In this document: piece by piece, positions 1 to 10,076 of the stretch
Position numbering within the stretch: position 1 is the first letter of the stretch
How the letters are laid out: every line of letters begins with the position of its first letter
NCBI GenBank assembly: GCA_963719085.1
Contig: CAVRAL010000004.1
Location: 1-64,000, forward strand
Reading direction: 5' to 3'
Origin: a candidate division FCPU426 bacterium
GTDB taxonomy: Bacteria; Oederibacteriota; Muellerivitia; Muellerivitales; Muellerivitaceae
Length of the DNA stretch: 64,000 bases
Notes under the pieces: model-generated
What the model was told of the DNA's origin: nothing
The model's input: only the letters and a program-made list of their open reading frames with translations
Databases searched by the model: none
Translations under genes and position numbers: made by a program

Positions 1-51
1 CTTTTTTGCCATGAATTGCCCTTTCCACTCATGGATGTTCATGGATTAAAA

Positions 52-106
52 AAAAAGCCTTCGCCCGTAAAGTTCGTGAAAACCCTTACAGGCAAAGGCT
101 TTTAAA
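52..106 (-). terminator. Long stem-loop plus U-tract downstream of tRNA-Thr
   Basis: Minus strand AAGCCTTTGCCTGTAAG...CTTTACGGGCGAAGGCTT followed by a T run. Confidence 0.7.
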
Positions 107-134
107 ACATGCCAGTAACAAGATTTTTAAAAAA

Positions 135-210
135 TGGAGCTGGCGACCGGAATCGGACCGGTGACCTGCCGCTTACAAGGCGGCTGCTCTACCAACTGAG
201 CTACGCCAGC
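135..210 (-). tRNA. tRNA-Thr(UGU)
   Basis: Reverse complement GCTGGCGTAGCTCAGTTGGTAGAGCAGCCGCCTTGTAAGCGGCAGGTCACCGGTCCGATTCCGGTCGCCAGCTCCA; cloverleaf, anticodon loop CTTGTAA, encoded CCA. Confidence 0.96.
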
Positions 211-245
211 CCTTGCCACGCCTCAACTTCATCAAGGGAAGAGGG

Positions 246-274
246 ATTATAGAAGTGCCCCCCCGGGGCGTCAA
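246..274 (-). promoter_or_regulatory. Sigma70 promoter of tRNA-Thr
   Basis: TTGACG-17bp-TATAAT about 35 nt upstream of the tRNA. Confidence 0.8.
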
Positions 275-331
275 CGGGAGAAAAAACCGCCCCCCCCAAT
301 CTTTTTCGCGAACCTGGCAAAACCAGAAACA

Positions 332-2557
332 TTAGTCCGTTAAAACCCTTCCCAAAGCCGCCGCGGGAACCACGCTGAACTCGGTTTGCCCCGGAGGAAT
401 CCAAAGAAGGTGAAAATCAGCCCTTATTTCACCCGGCCGGGCCCTTTCATCCGAAAGCTCAATCCGGTGGACTCCTTTGGAAAGTTCGATGGATTCTTGG
501 TTGGAACTCAAGGTATCCAGCGCTTGGCGCCCATCGATCAAAAGTTTTCCCTGGTCGGTGGAAAGAATAAAAAAACGGTATTTGCCTTTTTTCGGGACGT
601 TTAAATTACCCTTCCACTGAGCGTAAAAAAGAGGGCCCGAAATGGGAAAATCAGAAAGTTTTGTGAAATTCAAGAGCGGATCCCAACGAATGGCGTCGGG
701 GGCGCCCGAAGGGTACGCCGAGTTAAAATAACGTCCTACGAACCCCTCTTTTTCCATCGGCAGGAAGCGCTTAGGTCCCGGCTCCCAGTAGTAATAATAA
801 GCCATAAGACCGCCCCAGGGATCTTTCAGGTCTTCTTCCCGGCCCCCGGGATAAACCCGCTCTAAGAGCTCAAGCGTTGGTTTTTTCCCATCGTCCAAGA
901 CGAAACATAGCTTTCCCTGAAGCGGCTTGACCGGCCGCAGAATATCTTCCAAAACAAGAGGATGGACTCTAGCCGCCTGATCAAAACAAAGAAACCGGAC
1001 GGTTTCATGTTCCCAAAAACAAGGATCCAAGAGATAGGTCACGCCCGGATGGGAAACAACAGCTTCCCCCACCCGAGTCGCTTCAGACCCAAAACTCCTC
1101 CAACTGGCCGGGTCATTCGCTTGTTGGTTGAAATAAACATCGTAGTTTTGAAAAACACAAAGCGCGAAAGCCAAAATAACGGGAACCCAAATCAATCCTC
1201 GGAAGCGGCCCAGCCTTTCTTTCGCCCCCTGGAGAATCATCACCACGGGTAAAGCCGCGAAAGCGGCCACAAAGGGCGCAACCCCCACAATCCGCTCATA
1301 GGCTAAATAATCCGAGGCCAAAAGCAAAGGAAGGCTCATTACGATAAAACCCGCGAGCAGGTAAAAATAAAGCCTCTCCCGCCAATGCCGCAAGGCCTGA
1401 AAAAGACCGATCAGGAATAAAAACGAAGTCACGTCATCTAAAAGCCGGTGGCCCTTTATTCCCATGCAGGGATAGGGCGCTTCCAGATGATTGAACATCA
1501 AGGAGAAATCAAACAGGTTTTTCAAAAGAGGGCTCAGGCTTTTTTGGCCGGCAATGGAATGCCCAATCCACAGTTGTGATTCCCGGACCCCCAAACTTCC
1601 TTCCTGAATCCAAGAAAGGACGACGGGGGCCGCCAAAATCAAACTGAGGCCGCCCATGAGGCGCAATCCCGCCCATCGCGGTTTTTGATTTTGGGCCGCG
1701 ATCTCGTAAAACGCCAGGATGGCTACCAGCAAGGGGAGAACTTTTAACGCTTGATAGGTATAGAACCCCGCGCCCAAGAATAAACCCCCAAGGGCATAGT
1801 GGGTTAATTTCCCCGTTCGAATGGCCCGCCAAAAAAAATATAAGACCGCAAAAGCGATCAAAGGCGCGATGATGTGGAGAAAGGCGTTTCGCGCCGACGT
1901 GAAATACCACCGGTTGGCGGCCAAAATCATCAAAGCCGTCAAGGCCAGGCGTTCGCCGCCCAACTCTTGGACCCATAGATAAAACATCCATAATGCCAGC
2001 CAAGAAATGATTAAAAAAAACACATGAAGTGAATAGACCGAGGCGGGAAATAAAATCAACCAGCCCGCCAAGCCGTAAACAACCAGAGGCGGGGAATACA
2101 CAATCTTTAAATGGAGCGAGGGAATTTGATGCCAATGGAGAAGTCGAAGGGCGTCCATGCCCAGGGCGCCCGTGTCGATGAATATTCCGGGCGGTTCGAG
2201 GGAAAGTCGATAGAATCCAAAAAATAAAAGGAGGGCCGCCGCCAATGTTAAAAAGCCAAGCCGGCCCCACCGCGTCGGCTGTTCTTCCCGGAAGGGCGCC
2301 GAGTCCGAACCCGCCGCCAAACGGTAAAAAAAGAAGAAGGACGATAGAAAAAACAAAAATCCGAATCCCAAATTCGCGCCATTCCGCGATTGGGCGAAAA
2401 GGGTTTGACCCGCCAATCCCAATAAAACAAATAAAGAAAAATAGAAAACCCAATTCGCTTGTTTTTTCGCGGTATTTCCCGCCAATTTCTTTTTAGCTCT
2501 CATGCGCTCACGGTTGAATTTATTTTTAAAGGGCTCGCTTAATTTTCCCCGGCGCAC
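332..2557 (-). CDS. GT-C (ArnT/PMT, GT39/GT83-like) membrane glycosyltransferase with C-terminal PA14 domain
   Basis: Many TM helices, 'PPGIFIDT' loop, 'GAGFYTY'; C-terminal 'GFVGRYFN...WKGNLNVPKKGKYRFFILSTDQG' is PA14-like; start uncertain. Confidence 0.75.
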   Translation of the reverse strand: MRRGKLSEPFKNKFNRERMRAKKKLAGNTAKKQANWVFYFSLFVLLGLAGQTLFAQSRNGANLGFGFLFFLSSFFFFYRLAAGSDSAPFREEQPTRWGRLGFLTLAAALLLFFGFYRLSLEPPGIFIDTGALGMDALRLLHWHQIPSLHLKIVYSPPLVVYGLAGWLILFPASVYSLHVFFLIISWLALWMFYLWVQELGGERLALTALMILAANRWYFTSARNAFLHIIAPLIAFAVLYFFWRAIRTGKLTHYALGGLFLGAGFYTYQALKVLPLLVAILAFYEIAAQNQKPRWAGLRLMGGLSLILAAPVVLSWIQEGSLGVRESQLWIGHSIAGQKSLSPLLKNLFDFSLMFNHLEAPYPCMGIKGHRLLDDVTSFLFLIGLFQALRHWRERLYFYLLAGFIVMSLPLLLASDYLAYERIVGVAPFVAAFAALPVVMILQGAKERLGRFRGLIWVPVILAFALCVFQNYDVYFNQQANDPASWRSFGSEATRVGEAVVSHPGVTYLLDPCFWEHETVRFLCFDQAARVHPLVLEDILRPVKPLQGKLCFVLDDGKKPTLELLERVYPGGREEDLKDPWGGLMAYYYYWEPGPKRFLPMEKEGFVGRYFNSAYPSGAPDAIRWDPLLNFTKLSDFPISGPLFYAQWKGNLNVPKKGKYRFFILSTDQGKLLIDGRQALDTLSSNQESIELSKGVHRIELSDERARPGEIRADFHLLWIPPGQTEFSVVPAAALGRVLTD

Positions 2558-2622
2558 CGGCGTTTATAAATAGTGGAGTTCTAAAAAAATTAGGATGATA
2601 AAACGACCGCGCGAAGAAAGCG

Positions 2623-3681
2623 TCACCACTTAAAACCGCCGCCTTTATTGGTTCCAGGCGGGTCATTGGAGGACTCCGGCGCCAAACCGCCCAAACTATC
2701 CTCTAATTTTTCCCAAGGGCTTAGGTCGATCTCTTGCGCAAGCCCCTCGCCCGGCGTTTCAACAACCGGATCAGGGCCCGAACGAAAAAATTCTTTCGCA
2801 GGCTCAGGCGGACTCATGGGAAAGGAGGTTCCTAAATAAGAAGCCAATTCAGACACCGGCTCCACGGGCGGGGCGGGCGCGGGGCTTGAAAAACCATAAC
2901 CCGGCGTAAAGGAAGATGGTGAGGGACGCGGAGGCCCTTCTTTTTTCCATTGCCGCTGGCGGACCACCTCAAATAAAAGCAACGCCGAAGCGACCGAGGC
3001 GTTCAACGAGGACATTTTGCCCGCCATGGGGATTTTCACCAGCTCGTCGCAATTTTCCCGGACCAGCCTGCGCAATCCCCTGCCCTCGTTGCCGATGACC
3101 AAGGCCACCGGCTGGCGGTAATCATACTCATAAAAATTCTTAGTGCCCTCGCCCGCGGCGCCCACGATCCAAACATTGGCGTCTTTTAATTTTCGGATGG
3201 TCTCATTGAGATTGGTGGTCTTGACGGTGGTCACATGCTCGGCGGCCCCGGCGGAAGCCTTGATCACGGTGGCGTTGACTTCGGCGGCGTGATGTTTGGG
3301 GATCACCACTCCGTGGACGCCGGCCGCATCGGCGGAACGGATGATGGCGCCCAAATTTTGGGGATCCTCGATCTCATCCAATAGGATCGTGAACAGCGGC
3401 TCATTTTTTTCCCGGGCCGCTCCGAAAATATCCTCCAGGTCGGCGTAGTGGAAAGCTTCCGCGACGGCGATGACGCCCTGATGGTTGCCGTTGCCCGCCA
3501 TGGTGTCCATGCGGTGCCGGGTCTCAAAACCCACGGGGATTCCCCGGGCGTTGGCGTGGGCCTCAATCTGATGCAGAATGTCGTCGCGGGACCCCTGCAT
3601 TAAATAAATCCGGCTGATGGCCCGGGAGCCGGAGCGGATCGCTTCCAAAACCGGTTTGCGTCCGTAGATTTTCTCGCTCAT
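2623..3681 (-). CDS. rlmB: 23S rRNA Gm2251 methyltransferase (SPOUT) with Pro-rich C-terminal extension
   Basis: IYGRKPVLEA, DPQNLGAIIRSA, IGNEGRG, SLNASVA motifs; downstream of cysS. Confidence 0.93.
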   Translation of the reverse strand: MSEKIYGRKPVLEAIRSGSRAISRIYLMQGSRDDILHQIEAHANARGIPVGFETRHRMDTMAGNGNHQGVIAVAEAFHYADLEDIFGAAREKNEPLFTILLDEIEDPQNLGAIIRSADAAGVHGVVIPKHHAAEVNATVIKASAGAAEHVTTVKTTNLNETIRKLKDANVWIVGAAGEGTKNFYEYDYRQPVALVIGNEGRGLRRLVRENCDELVKIPMAGKMSSLNASVASALLLFEVVRQRQWKKEGPPRPSPSSFTPGYGFSSPAPAPPVEPVSELASYLGTSFPMSPPEPAKEFFRSGPDPVVETPGEGLAQEIDLSPWEKLEDSLGGLAPESSNDPPGTNKGGGFKW

Positions 3682-3725
3682 TCTTTTATCCTGACGCGTT
3701 TTAAGCCGTGGATTCCGGAAAAAAT

Positions 3726-5159
3726 TTAAGGCTTGGGCAAAATCCTGAATTGGCCGCCCGGAATATCCTCAATGACGAATCCGGCCGCTGCGACCTTGGC
3801 CCGCAGCTCATCGGCTTCTTTATACTTTTTTTCGGACTTTAACTGAACCCGTTCCCTGGCCCATCGCTCGATTTCATCCGGAACGGCCGTGCGCGACTCG
3901 GAAACAATTCCTAAAAGCCCGCCCAGCTCCGCCAGCTTATTGCCCGCCTCCCCCAACAGGTTCTTGGTTCCCGGGTGGGCGGACCCCGGCTGGCTCAAGA
4001 CTTGACGCACCAAGCGGGCTAACTCAAACAACGCCGCCATGGCTTGAGGGGTATTGAAATCGTCATCCATGGCTTCTTTGAAATTAGCCTCCACCTCATC
4101 CAACGCCAGACGCAATTCCAAAAGGTTCCCCACAACGCCCACTTCGTCGGGGCGCTTTAAGGCTTCCTCGATGCGCTGAAAGGTCATATTGAACTCTTCC
4201 CAGCCGCGCCCCGCAGCCTCCAGGATGGGCCGGTCATAATTGAGGCCGCTTCGATAGTGAGCGGTCAGGAAAAAGTACCGCAACACCGGGGTTTTAAACT
4301 CGCTCAAAGCGTCTTTGGCCTTCCAGATATTGCCCAAGGACTTACTCATCTTTTGTCCCGCGATCTCAATAAAACCGTTGTGAAGCCAGTACTTGACGTA
4401 AGGCTTTTGAGTGAAGGCCTCACATTGGGCGATTTCGTTCTCATGGTGGGGAAAAATCAAATCCACTCCCCCGCCATGGATGTCGATGGAATCCCCCAAA
4501 TATTGGCGCACCATGGCGGAACACTCAATATGCCATCCCGGCCGCCCCTTACCCCAAGGCGAATCCCACTGGGGCTCGCCGGGCTTGGAAGCTTTCCAAA
4601 GCACGAAATCCGTCGGGTTTTTCTTCCGCTCATCCTTGTCGACGCGGGCGCCCTCAAGAATTTGTTCCAAATTCTTGCCCGATAATTTTCCATAGGCCGC
4701 GAAAGTCACTGAGTCAAAAAGCACATCCTGGCCCAAATCCGTGGAAGGAACCGCGTAAGCGTGGCCTTTTTCGATCAGTCCCGCGATCAACGCGGCCATT
4801 TGGGGGATGGAGTCCGTGGCCTTGGGCTGAAGGCTGGGCCTGTCCACGCCCAGTTTTTCCATGACATCCCGGTAAGCCTTGATATAGGTCTGAGCCACTT
4901 GGGAATACTCTTTCTTTTCCTCAAGCGCCTTCTTGATGATCTTGTCGTCGATATCCGTGATGTTCATCACATACTGAACTTGGAAACCGGCGAAGGTCAA
5001 ATACTTTCGAATCACGTCAAAATTAACCGCCGAGCGCGCGTTGCCGATGTGGATATCGTCATAAACCGTGGGCCCGCAGACATACATCTTAATTTCGCCG
5101 GCCTGAAGCGGCTCCAGCTCTTCTTTTTTTCCCGTCAGGGTGTTGGTGACCTTGATCAT
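3726..5159 (-). CDS. cysS: Cysteine--tRNA ligase
   Basis: YVCGPTVY, HIGN, PGWHIECS, KMSKS. Confidence 0.98.
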   Translation of the reverse strand: MIKVTNTLTGKKEELEPLQAGEIKMYVCGPTVYDDIHIGNARSAVNFDVIRKYLTFAGFQVQYVMNITDIDDKIIKKALEEKKEYSQVAQTYIKAYRDVMEKLGVDRPSLQPKATDSIPQMAALIAGLIEKGHAYAVPSTDLGQDVLFDSVTFAAYGKLSGKNLEQILEGARVDKDERKKNPTDFVLWKASKPGEPQWDSPWGKGRPGWHIECSAMVRQYLGDSIDIHGGGVDLIFPHHENEIAQCEAFTQKPYVKYWLHNGFIEIAGQKMSKSLGNIWKAKDALSEFKTPVLRYFFLTAHYRSGLNYDRPILEAAGRGWEEFNMTFQRIEEALKRPDEVGVVGNLLELRLALDEVEANFKEAMDDDFNTPQAMAALFELARLVRQVLSQPGSAHPGTKNLLGEAGNKLAELGGLLGIVSESRTAVPDEIERWARERVQLKSEKKYKEADELRAKVAAAGFVIEDIPGGQFRILPKP

Positions 5160-5169
5160 GTTCCCGATC

Positions 5170-5799
5170 TTACTTTTTCTTTTTGTTGCGCGGCGCGTAG
5201 GATCCCGCGTGGCGGGCCAAATCCCTCTCTAAATGTTCCAACCGGCGAAGCAAGGGGTCCGGCAGGCTTTGGTGGTCCAGTTCATGGCCTTCCATGCGTT
5301 TACCCCGAAGCGTCACCACCCGCCCGGGAACACCGACAACCGTCGAATGGGCCGGAACGTTGATCACAACGACCGCGTTGGCGCCGACCTTGGAATGCTC
5401 GCCGATCTCGATATTGCCTAAAACCTTCGCTCCCGCCGCCACGACCACATGATCCCGAAGCGTGGGATGCCGCTTTCCTTTTTCTTTGCCGGTCCCCCCC
5501 AAGGTCACTTGCTGAAAGATGGTCACGAAATCGCCGATCTCGGAGGTTTCCCCGATGACCGTCCCTTGACCATGATCGATGAAAAAGTATTTTCCAACGC
5601 GGGCGCCCGGGTGGATTTCAATTTGAGTGAAAAAAGCGAAAACCGTCGCGATCAGCCGGGGCAAAAAGGGGACGCGAAGCGTCCAAAGAAAATGGGCGAT
5701 CCGGTGGCCCAGCATGGCGTAAACGCTCGGGTAAAGCGGTAGCTCCCACCAACGCGCCGCCGGGTCCCGGTCCAGGATGGATTTAAAATAACGAAACAT
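5170..5799 (-). CDS. cysE: Serine O-acetyltransferase
   Basis: RDPAAR, IEIHPGA, FIDHG, TLGGTGKEKGKRHP hexapeptide repeats. Confidence 0.96.
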   Translation of the reverse strand: MFRYFKSILDRDPAARWWELPLYPSVYAMLGHRIAHFLWTLRVPFLPRLIATVFAFFTQIEIHPGARVGKYFFIDHGQGTVIGETSEIGDFVTIFQQVTLGGTGKEKGKRHPTLRDHVVVAAGAKVLGNIEIGEHSKVGANAVVVINVPAHSTVVGVPGRVVTLRGKRMEGHELDHQSLPDPLLRRLEHLERDLARHAGSYAPRNKKKK

Positions 5800-5811
5800 G
5801 GAGCCCCTTTA

Positions 5812-7269
5812 TCAATCTTTAACCTCGTTCGCCGTCCAAACCCGCAACCGCTCAATCACTTTTTCTTTTCCCAGCAACGGCCCCACCTTCACTAGTTCGG
5901 GTCCGTCTTCCCGGCCGGTCATGGCCAGCCGCAAAGGATGGTAAAGACCCTTGCCCTTGGCGCCGGTGGCCTTCCCGACTTCCTTGACGATCTTCATGAA
6001 ATTTTCGCCGTTGAAATCGCCTTCAAAAGCCTGAAAAGCCTTTTCAAAGGCCTCTAAAACGGCCTTTTGGCCTTTCATTTCCTCAGTCACCGCCGGCTCA
6101 AAGCTCAACTCATCGGAGAAAAAGTAGAAAGTTTCTTTCACGATATCCGAAAAACACCCTAGATTGGTGCGCACCGTATCCACCACTTGCTTGAGCCAGT
6201 CGAATTTTTCCCTTGCCCCTTCGCGGGTCAACAATTGGGCCTCATCCAGATAAGGAAGAACCCCGCGGGTTAAATCATCCAAACTCAACTTGGCGATGTA
6301 CTGGGAGCCCATCCAACGCAGCTTGACTTGGTCGAAAATGGCCCCGCTTTTTCCCACATGGGTCAGATCAAATTCCTCGGCCATTTGATCCAAAGAAAGG
6401 ATTTCCCCGCTCTTGGGCGCCCAGCCCAGAAGCGCCAGATAATTGAGGAAGGCCTCGGGCAGATAACCCTTAGCGCGGTAACTTTCGCAGCTGGTCTCGC
6501 CATGGCGTTTGGAAAGCTTTTGGCCGTCCGCTCCCTTGATAATCGACAGGTGGGCGAACTTAGGCGGCGTGAAACCCAAGGCCTTATAGATGAGGATTTG
6601 CTTGGGCGTATTGGAAAGATGGTCCTCGCCCCGGATCACATGGGTAACCTTCATTAAAGCGTCGTCCACCACCACGGTAAAGTTATAGGTGGGGCTTCCA
6701 TCGGAACGGGTCAAAACAAAATCGCCGAGTTGATCACCCGGGAATATCACTTCACCCCGCACCTCATCCTGAACCAAAATTTCGCCCGCGGGGACTTTGA
6801 AACGCAAAACGGACGTCTTGCCCTCCGCGTCCAATTGTTTTCGCTCCGCCTCGGTCAATTTCAGGCATTTGCCGCCGTATTTGGGCATATGCCCCCGGCC
6901 CAGCTGGCGTTTCCGCTCCAGCTCCAATTCTTCTTCCGAACAGTAGCAGGGATAAACAAAATTTTCGGCCTTGAGCTTTGCCAGTTGAGCCTCATAAATA
7001 TCGGTCCGCTCCGATTGGCGGTAAGGCGCGTGGGGACCGCCCACGCCGGGGCCCTCGGTCCAATCCAGGCTCAGCCATTTCATGATTTCCAAAAGACTCT
7101 CGAAAGACTGCTCGGTGGAACGGACCTTGTCCGTGTCCTCCACCCGCAGGATAAAAGCACCCTTGAAATGCTTGGCGTAAAGCCAGTTGTAAAGCGCCGT
7201 GCGCACATTGCCTAAGTGCAGGTCTCCCGTGGGGCTGGGCGCGAATCGAACTCGAACGGTTTCAGACAT
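5812..7269 (-). CDS. gltX: Glutamate--tRNA ligase
   Basis: RFAPSPTGDLHLG, RGEDH, KLSKR. Confidence 0.97.
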   Translation of the reverse strand: MSETVRVRFAPSPTGDLHLGNVRTALYNWLYAKHFKGAFILRVEDTDKVRSTEQSFESLLEIMKWLSLDWTEGPGVGGPHAPYRQSERTDIYEAQLAKLKAENFVYPCYCSEEELELERKRQLGRGHMPKYGGKCLKLTEAERKQLDAEGKTSVLRFKVPAGEILVQDEVRGEVIFPGDQLGDFVLTRSDGSPTYNFTVVVDDALMKVTHVIRGEDHLSNTPKQILIYKALGFTPPKFAHLSIIKGADGQKLSKRHGETSCESYRAKGYLPEAFLNYLALLGWAPKSGEILSLDQMAEEFDLTHVGKSGAIFDQVKLRWMGSQYIAKLSLDDLTRGVLPYLDEAQLLTREGAREKFDWLKQVVDTVRTNLGCFSDIVKETFYFFSDELSFEPAVTEEMKGQKAVLEAFEKAFQAFEGDFNGENFMKIVKEVGKATGAKGKGLYHPLRLAMTGREDGPELVKVGPLLGKEKVIERLRVWTANEVKD

Positions 7270-7283
7270 TTTTATTTTTTCCC

Positions 7284-7763
7284 TTAAACTTTTTTAATCA
7301 AGACAACCGCTTGGGCGCTAATGCCTTCTTCGCGGCCCTCAAAGCCCATGCCTTCGGTGGTTTTGGCTTTGACGCTGACGAAACCCTCCCCGAGCGACAA
7401 GGCTTTTTCCAACCGCCGGGCCATTTCAGGCAAGAAAGGAGCCAGCTTGGGTTTTTGACAAACCAAGGTGGCGTCCACATTCACGATTCCCCAGCCCTTT
7501 TCACCGATCAAGCGGGCGCATTCGGTTAAAAGTTTTAAGCTGTCCGCGCCCTTCCACTTCGGGTCGCTATCCGGAAAGTACTTGCCCATATCCCCCAAGG
7601 CGGCCGCGCCCAAAAGGGCGTCGCTGACGGCGTGCGAAAGGGCGTCCGCGTCCGAATGGCCCAAAAGCCCCCGATCGTGGGGGACCAAAACCCCGCCCAA
7701 GATCAAGGGCCGATCCCCGGCCAACCGATGGGCGTCAAACCCAGTGCCGACTCTAAAATCCAA
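7284..7763 (-). CDS. ispF: MEcPP synthase
   Basis: GFDAH, GHSDAD, KAKTTE. Confidence 0.96.
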   Translation of the reverse strand: MDFRVGTGFDAHRLAGDRPLILGGVLVPHDRGLLGHSDADALSHAVSDALLGAAALGDMGKYFPDSDPKWKGADSLKLLTECARLIGEKGWGIVNVDATLVCQKPKLAPFLPEMARRLEKALSLGEGFVSVKAKTTEGMGFEGREEGISAQAVVLIKKV

Positions 7764-7765
7764 GG

Positions 7766-8464
7766 TTATCTCCTCCGCTTGACTAGAAGTTTGGCCCGGA
7801 CAAAATCATCGGGCGTGGTCACTTTAAAGTTAAGGGGGTCACCCTCCACCATTCGAACTGAAAAACCCGCCGCCTCCACCACCGCCGCGTCGTCCGTGAA
7901 TTTGGACCGGCGGGAAGCGACCTTTAAAAAAGCCCTTTTCAAAAGATCGGCGCGGAAACCTTGGGGAGTTTGGACCGCCATGACGGAATCCCGGTCCAAG
8001 GTGGTGATGACTTTGCCCTTTTGAACCACCTTGAGGGTGTCCTTGACCGGCAATCCCGGAATCGCCGCACCGGAAAGAATCGCCGATTCCAAAACCGAAT
8101 GAATCAGCTCAGGGCTCACGAAAGGCCGGGCCGCGTCATGGACCAGCACGGTTTGAACGCCTTTGGGAACCACCAAAAGACCCCGAAGCACCGAGTCTTC
8201 CCGTTCCTTTCCACCCACACAAGCAATCCCGGCCAACCCCTGCCGGTACAGATGGCCGATCGCCTTTTCCAAATAATCTTTTTGGGTCACCACTACCACG
8301 CAAGCCAATCCCTTTACTTGTTTAAAGGAAGCGAGGCACAAATCGAGCAAAGTTTTTTTGCCATCCAGCTTTAAAAAGGGTTTGGGGACCGGACTTTTGA
8401 GGCGGGTGGATTGTCCCGCCGCCACGATAATCGCGGCCCAAGGTTGAAAGGATGGAATGGACAT
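7766..8464 (-). CDS. ispD: MEP cytidylyltransferase
   Basis: AAGQSTR, VLVHDAARP, QTPQGF, NFKVTTPDD. Confidence 0.95.
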   Translation of the reverse strand: MSIPSFQPWAAIIVAAGQSTRLKSPVPKPFLKLDGKKTLLDLCLASFKQVKGLACVVVVTQKDYLEKAIGHLYRQGLAGIACVGGKEREDSVLRGLLVVPKGVQTVLVHDAARPFVSPELIHSVLESAILSGAAIPGLPVKDTLKVVQKGKVITTLDRDSVMAVQTPQGFRADLLKRAFLKVASRRSKFTDDAAVVEAAGFSVRMVEGDPLNFKVTTPDDFVRAKLLVKRRR

Positions 8465-8564
8465 GGGCGGCAGTCTAACAAAACAGAAGGGTGGTTTCCA
8501 GAAGAGCCTTTTTTAAGGGGTTTTAAGGTTTTCATCCCTCCAAAAACGTCCGACAAAAACTCCT

Positions 8565-9962
8565 TTAACGGGCGACCAAAATTCCGATGGCTTCGGCCAG
8601 AGTCTTCACGCCCAAAACTTCCAGCGGTTGCCCGGGTGAAAGGGAAACCGCCTTGACGTTTCCGTAAGGGATAATGGCTTGCTTAAATCCCAATCGAGCC
8701 GCTTCCGCCAGGCGCGGTTCGATTTGGGAAATGGCCCTTACCTCGCCCGACAATCCCAATTCCCCGATCACCACGGTGTGGGGATCCACCGCGATTTCGC
8801 GGAATGAGGAAGCGGCCGCCACCGCCACGCTTAAATCAATGGAAGGTTCCACCACCTTGATGCCGCCCGCGATATTCAGAAATACATCCTGGGTCGAGAG
8901 CGCCATGCCCAGCCGTTTTTCAAGAATGGCTAAAATCAGCGCCAACCGGTTCGGGTCCAGACCCGACGACCGCCTCTGGGGCATTCCAAAATTAGTCGGA
9001 CTCACCAAGGACTGCACTTCTAAAAGAAGGGGCCGGGTGCCTTCCAAGCTGACCGTGATGACCGAACCCGAGCTGTGGGTGTAATGGGCGTCCAGAAAGG
9101 CCTTGGACGCGTCGGCCACTTCCTGGAGCCCGTCTTCCCGCATCTCAAAAATACCAATTTCTTGGGTGCTGCCAAAACGGTTTTTGACCGCCCGGAGCAG
9201 GCGGTAATGGCGCTGGATGTCGCCCTCAAAGTAAAGCACGGCGTCCACCATGTGCTCCAATGTCATGGGGCCGGCGATATTGCCTTCTTTGGTCACGTGG
9301 CCGATGAAAACCATCGGCAGCTTTTCCCGCTTGGCCAAATAGGTGAGCCGCGCCGCCGACTCCCGAACTTGGGACACGCTTCCCGGCGCCGAGGCGATGT
9401 CGGCCAAGAAGAGCGTTTGAATGGAGTCAATCACGGTCAAATGAGGCCGGGTCTTTTCAATATGGGCCAAGATGGTGGAGACGTCGGTTTCGGGCAGGAT
9501 GTAAAGATTGTGGGATTTGATTCCCAGACGTTCAGCCCGAAGTTTAATTTGCTGGGCCGACTCTTCACCCGTCACGTAAAGACACTTGCCCTGATCCTTG
9601 CCCGCAGGCAGCTGCGAAAGCCGGTGCATGACTTGGAGCAAAAGCGTCGATTTGCCGATGCCCGGGTCTCCCCCGATCATGATCGTCTCGCCCGGCACAA
9701 TGCCGCCGCCCAGCACCCGGTCAAACTCGTTGATATGGGTCTTTAATCGAAAACCCTCATCCACCTCAATTTCATCCAGGGCCACCGGCTCGATGTTTTC
9801 GGCGGGTTTTGATAATTTTCGTCCCCGCTCAACTGACCGGCCCGAATCCATTACCTCTTCCACATAGCTGTTCCACTGGTTACAGGAGTTGCACTTACCC
9901 TGCCATTTGGGTGATTTGGCCCCGCAGTTTTGACAGACGAATTGGGTTTTGGTTTTCGGCAT
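8565..9962 (-). CDS. radA: DNA repair protein RadA/Sms
   Basis: C4 Zn finger, GDPGIGKST, KNRFG, Lon-like C-terminus. Confidence 0.97.
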   Translation of the reverse strand: MPKTKTQFVCQNCGAKSPKWQGKCNSCNQWNSYVEEVMDSGRSVERGRKLSKPAENIEPVALDEIEVDEGFRLKTHINEFDRVLGGGIVPGETIMIGGDPGIGKSTLLLQVMHRLSQLPAGKDQGKCLYVTGEESAQQIKLRAERLGIKSHNLYILPETDVSTILAHIEKTRPHLTVIDSIQTLFLADIASAPGSVSQVRESAARLTYLAKREKLPMVFIGHVTKEGNIAGPMTLEHMVDAVLYFEGDIQRHYRLLRAVKNRFGSTQEIGIFEMREDGLQEVADASKAFLDAHYTHSSGSVITVSLEGTRPLLLEVQSLVSPTNFGMPQRRSSGLDPNRLALILAILEKRLGMALSTQDVFLNIAGGIKVVEPSIDLSVAVAAASSFREIAVDPHTVVIGELGLSGEVRAISQIEPRLAEAARLGFKQAIIPYGNVKAVSLSPGQPLEVLGVKTLAEAIGILVAR

Positions 9963-10023
9963 GGAGGACCCCTTTAAAGGTGGCTACGGGTCAATAATAC
10001 ACTTGTATACCTACGGAGGCAAT

Positions 10024-10056
10024 AAAAAAGCCCCGGGTCCAAAACCCGGAGCTTTT
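10024..10056. terminator. Intrinsic terminator after the DUF4412 gene
   Basis: AAAAAAGCCCCGGGT-CCAAA-ACCCGGAGCTTTT hairpin with flanking A/T runs. Confidence 0.6.
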
Positions 10057-10076
10057 AAATAATTTGAGCCAACTGA

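Noticed and set aside
201..404. 67-aa minus-strand ORF
   Set aside because: Overlaps the tRNA, its promoter and the GT gene end; no protein features.
1509..2453. 314-aa alternative-frame ORF inside the GT-C gene
   Set aside because: Frame shadow of a hydrophobic gene; no recognisable motifs.
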